Assembly (NCBI RefSeq): GCF_000143415.4
Contig: NW_003314315.1
Coordinates: 1,115,514-1,179,513 of the forward strand
Origin: Selaginella moellendorffii
Lineage: Eukaryota > Plantae > Lycopodiophyta
Length of the DNA stretch: 64,000 nucleotides
Reading direction: 5' to 3'
The notes beneath the pieces are model-generated. The model searched no databases. It was not told the DNA's origin and worked only from the letters and a program-made list of their open reading frames with translations. Position 1 is the stretch's first letter; every line of letters begins with the position of its first letter. The position numbers were made by a program, and so were the translations under genes. This document shows positions 61,871 to 64,000 of this stretch, in pieces.

Positions 61871-62062
61871 ATGGCATGAGGCCTCACGCTATCTTTGGCC
61901 CCTGCTAGCCTGTTGCTATATTCCTTTTGCCTTGTTACAACTGTATATATTTTTGTGTGCGTGACTAGTCACCCATACAAAAATATATACAATTGCAGCA
62001 AGGCAAAAGGAATATGGCAATAGGCTAGCAGGGGCCAAAGATGGCATGAGGCTTCATGCCAT
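61871..62062. repeat. 192-bp near-perfect inverted repeat centred on GTGACTAGTCAC
   Basis: ATCTTTGGCCCCTGCTAGCCT.TTGC.ATATTCCTTTTGCCTTG..CAA.TGTATATATTTTTGT is mirrored with about 7 mismatches in the inner arms; both ends are capped by the 22-bp palindrome. Confidence 0.9.
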
Positions 62063-62249
62063 CTTGATATACACACAGCTGCAGGCAAGTAAAAACATAC
62101 ATGACAATACGCTAGCCATGAAATTGCAATGGCCCAAGATGGCATGTGGCCTCATGCCATTTCTAAATGTGGTCCTAAACCATTCCATGGTGAACATACC
62201 AGGAAGCACAAGTGCCGAATATCAAGAGGAAGCGGTAGCCACACCAAAG

Positions 62250-62445
62250 ACAGTGCCGCTTGCAACACCGCAACTACTCGTAGCGCCGCTCGCAACACCG
62301 CAACTGCTCGTAGCGCCGCTCGCACAAACTGCCACTCGCATAAACTGCCGCTCGCAATGGCGCTCGCAATGCCGCAACCGCTTGTAGACGCATAAACCAC
62401 AGCTCACAACGCCGCTTACACAAGCAGCGCTCACTGCGCTCAGCG
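62250..62445. repeat. CpG-rich short tandem repeats (30-bp GCGCCGCTCGCAACACCGCAACT.CTCGTA unit and derivatives)
   Basis: Directly visible; lies upstream of the transposase start. Confidence 0.65.
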
Positions 62446-62696
62446 GAACCAAGAACACGGCGCACAAAAATGATAGACCTAGGAATGAGTTCGAGAATTC
62501 AAAAATAACACACGCTTGAACGTCACATCAAATCCTCTGACAAACCAGATCTTATGATTCCTCTGACAAATTTCAAACTGAGTAGCTTCTAGACTTTGCT
62601 GTCGGAGGTTGAACTTTGTCACATCATGTCCTTGCCTCGATCCAGCTGTGCCATGTCAGTGATTCGAACTTTGCCATGCCATGTCAGCGATCCGCG

Positions 62697-64000
62697 CCAA
62701 GATTATTCGCCGTGTAAAGGAATAATTATGCTGTGTGTGTACGTCCATTTATGGCAATATAAGGCCACATGCCATTCAAAGAATAATGCTAGTCGAGCAT
62801 CTTTTGGTGCATTTTTGGGTTCAAAATTGCATGAGCCCACACGCTATAAAGTTTACCTGTACCAAAAATAGAAACAGCTTTATTTACTTGGGAATTTATA
62901 TGGCTGAGGCATTTTTAAACTTACAAACACATGCCCTACTTACATTCCTTTGGTTGCTTAAAATTCAAAAATATTATAAACCTTTCTTTTTGCATTTTCA
63001 ATGTTTTCAATTAGGGTTTTTGATTTTCGCAGGACCAGCCTAGTAATCTATTTGCATCCCGTCATGTTTATAGCTAGCTTTCGTTTGTCCCCTTCGCTAG
63101 CCTGAGATACATCTGCTCGGCATCTGCCTCTTACAGCATTTGCCCAGAAAGGGCATCTTTCTTCACGCAGCATTTGCCACATGTTTAGGGTTAGGGTTTA
63201 GGGTTTAGCAATTCAGTAGCTTGATAAACTTGCAAATACAGAACTTGATGCAAAATCCTTTGATATGTCACAATGCCCCTAGGACCATAAACACATTTCA
63301 ATAGAGAGGGTCCTTTCATTTCATAACTCCTTACATAGATCTTGGTGAAACCAGAGTTAGTGAAGTTGGTTTCTTGTGATCCCGCATCTGATTGTGATGT
63401 CCCTTTGCAGTGTCGATGGAAAGGTCAATGCACACCAAACTGTAGAATCTTGGAGCAAAATAACGGTCAGATCTATGGCAAATGCCCCTGAAACATTGTA
63501 AGGCTCGTGTGGTCTCATGTGGTGTCCGATCGAGATGCTTCTTTGCAGGGTCATCAAGAAGGACATTGTATACCATTTTGTAAAATCTGGTTGCGATCTA
63601 ACGGTTGGATCTCCAGGAAACTCAAAACAATCTCGCGCGTGTCAGAATATTCTAGGAATATACTCCTATGTGCTCCAAGATTATTCGCCGTGTAAAGGAA
63701 TAATTATGCTGTGTCATTTATGGCAATATAAGGCCACACCCCATTCAAAGAATAATGCTAGTCGAGCATTTTTTGGTGCATTTTTGGGTTCAAAATTGCA
63801 TGAGCCCACACGCTATAAAGTTTACCTGTACCAAAAATAGAAACAGCTTTATTTACTTGGGAATTTAAGTGGTTGAGGCATTTTTAAACTTACAAACACA
63901 TGCCCTACTTACATTCCTTTGGTTGCTTACATTCCTTTGGTTGCTAGCTTTCGTTTGTCCCCTTCACTAGCCTGAGATACATCTGCTCGGCATCTGCCTC
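62697..64000. repeat. Direct repeat: 62697-63130 repeated from 63676 to the window end with an internal deletion
   Basis: CCAAGATTATTCGCCGTGTAAAGG...CTACTTACATTCCTTTGGTTGCTTA and GCTAGCTTTCGTTTGTCC...CATCTGCCTC occur in both copies. Confidence 0.85.
63184..63208 (+). repeat. Short interstitial telomere-type repeat
   Basis: TTTAGGG TTAGGG TTTAGGG TTTAG. Confidence 0.7.

Noticed and set aside
62046-62467. Short ORFs over the GC-rich repeats
   Set aside because: Explained by the 30-bp tandem repeats; no coding evidence.

Overview
Eukaryotic land-plant genomic DNA. The ~45-70 bp introns, SS-rich PPR gene and retrotransposon types suggest a lycophyte such as Selaginella (inference). Bases 1-25400 are gene-dense: an 8-Cys LTP-like gene, a 27-exon ERECTA-family receptor kinase, a 53-aa TOM6 missed by the ORF track, a Crinkler-type nuclease-kinase pseudogene, an ACT-domain STY kinase, a PLS-E PPR, an uncharacterised 4-exon basic repeat protein, RAD6/UBC2, a pro-type pectin methylesterase, an RPL18a-like membrane protein, capping protein alpha and tRNA-Leu(CAG). 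Bases 25400-27600 are AT-rich with PPR relics. Bases 27639-51659 are a four-element LTR nest. A decayed Ty3/gypsy element A holds chromovirus B and a young non-chromovirus D with three tandem protease-like domains; B in turn holds a 5S-bearing Cassandra TRIM (C). Bases 51860-64000 look like an unusual DNA transposon. It has a Sola-like DDD transposase with two TNP1-like domains, a convergent gene with ParB/Srx-like and degenerate DNA-methyltransferase-like regions, a dispersed 22-bp palindrome lying over intron branch points, and a 192-bp inverted repeat. All family assignments are from motif recognition; no database searches were run.
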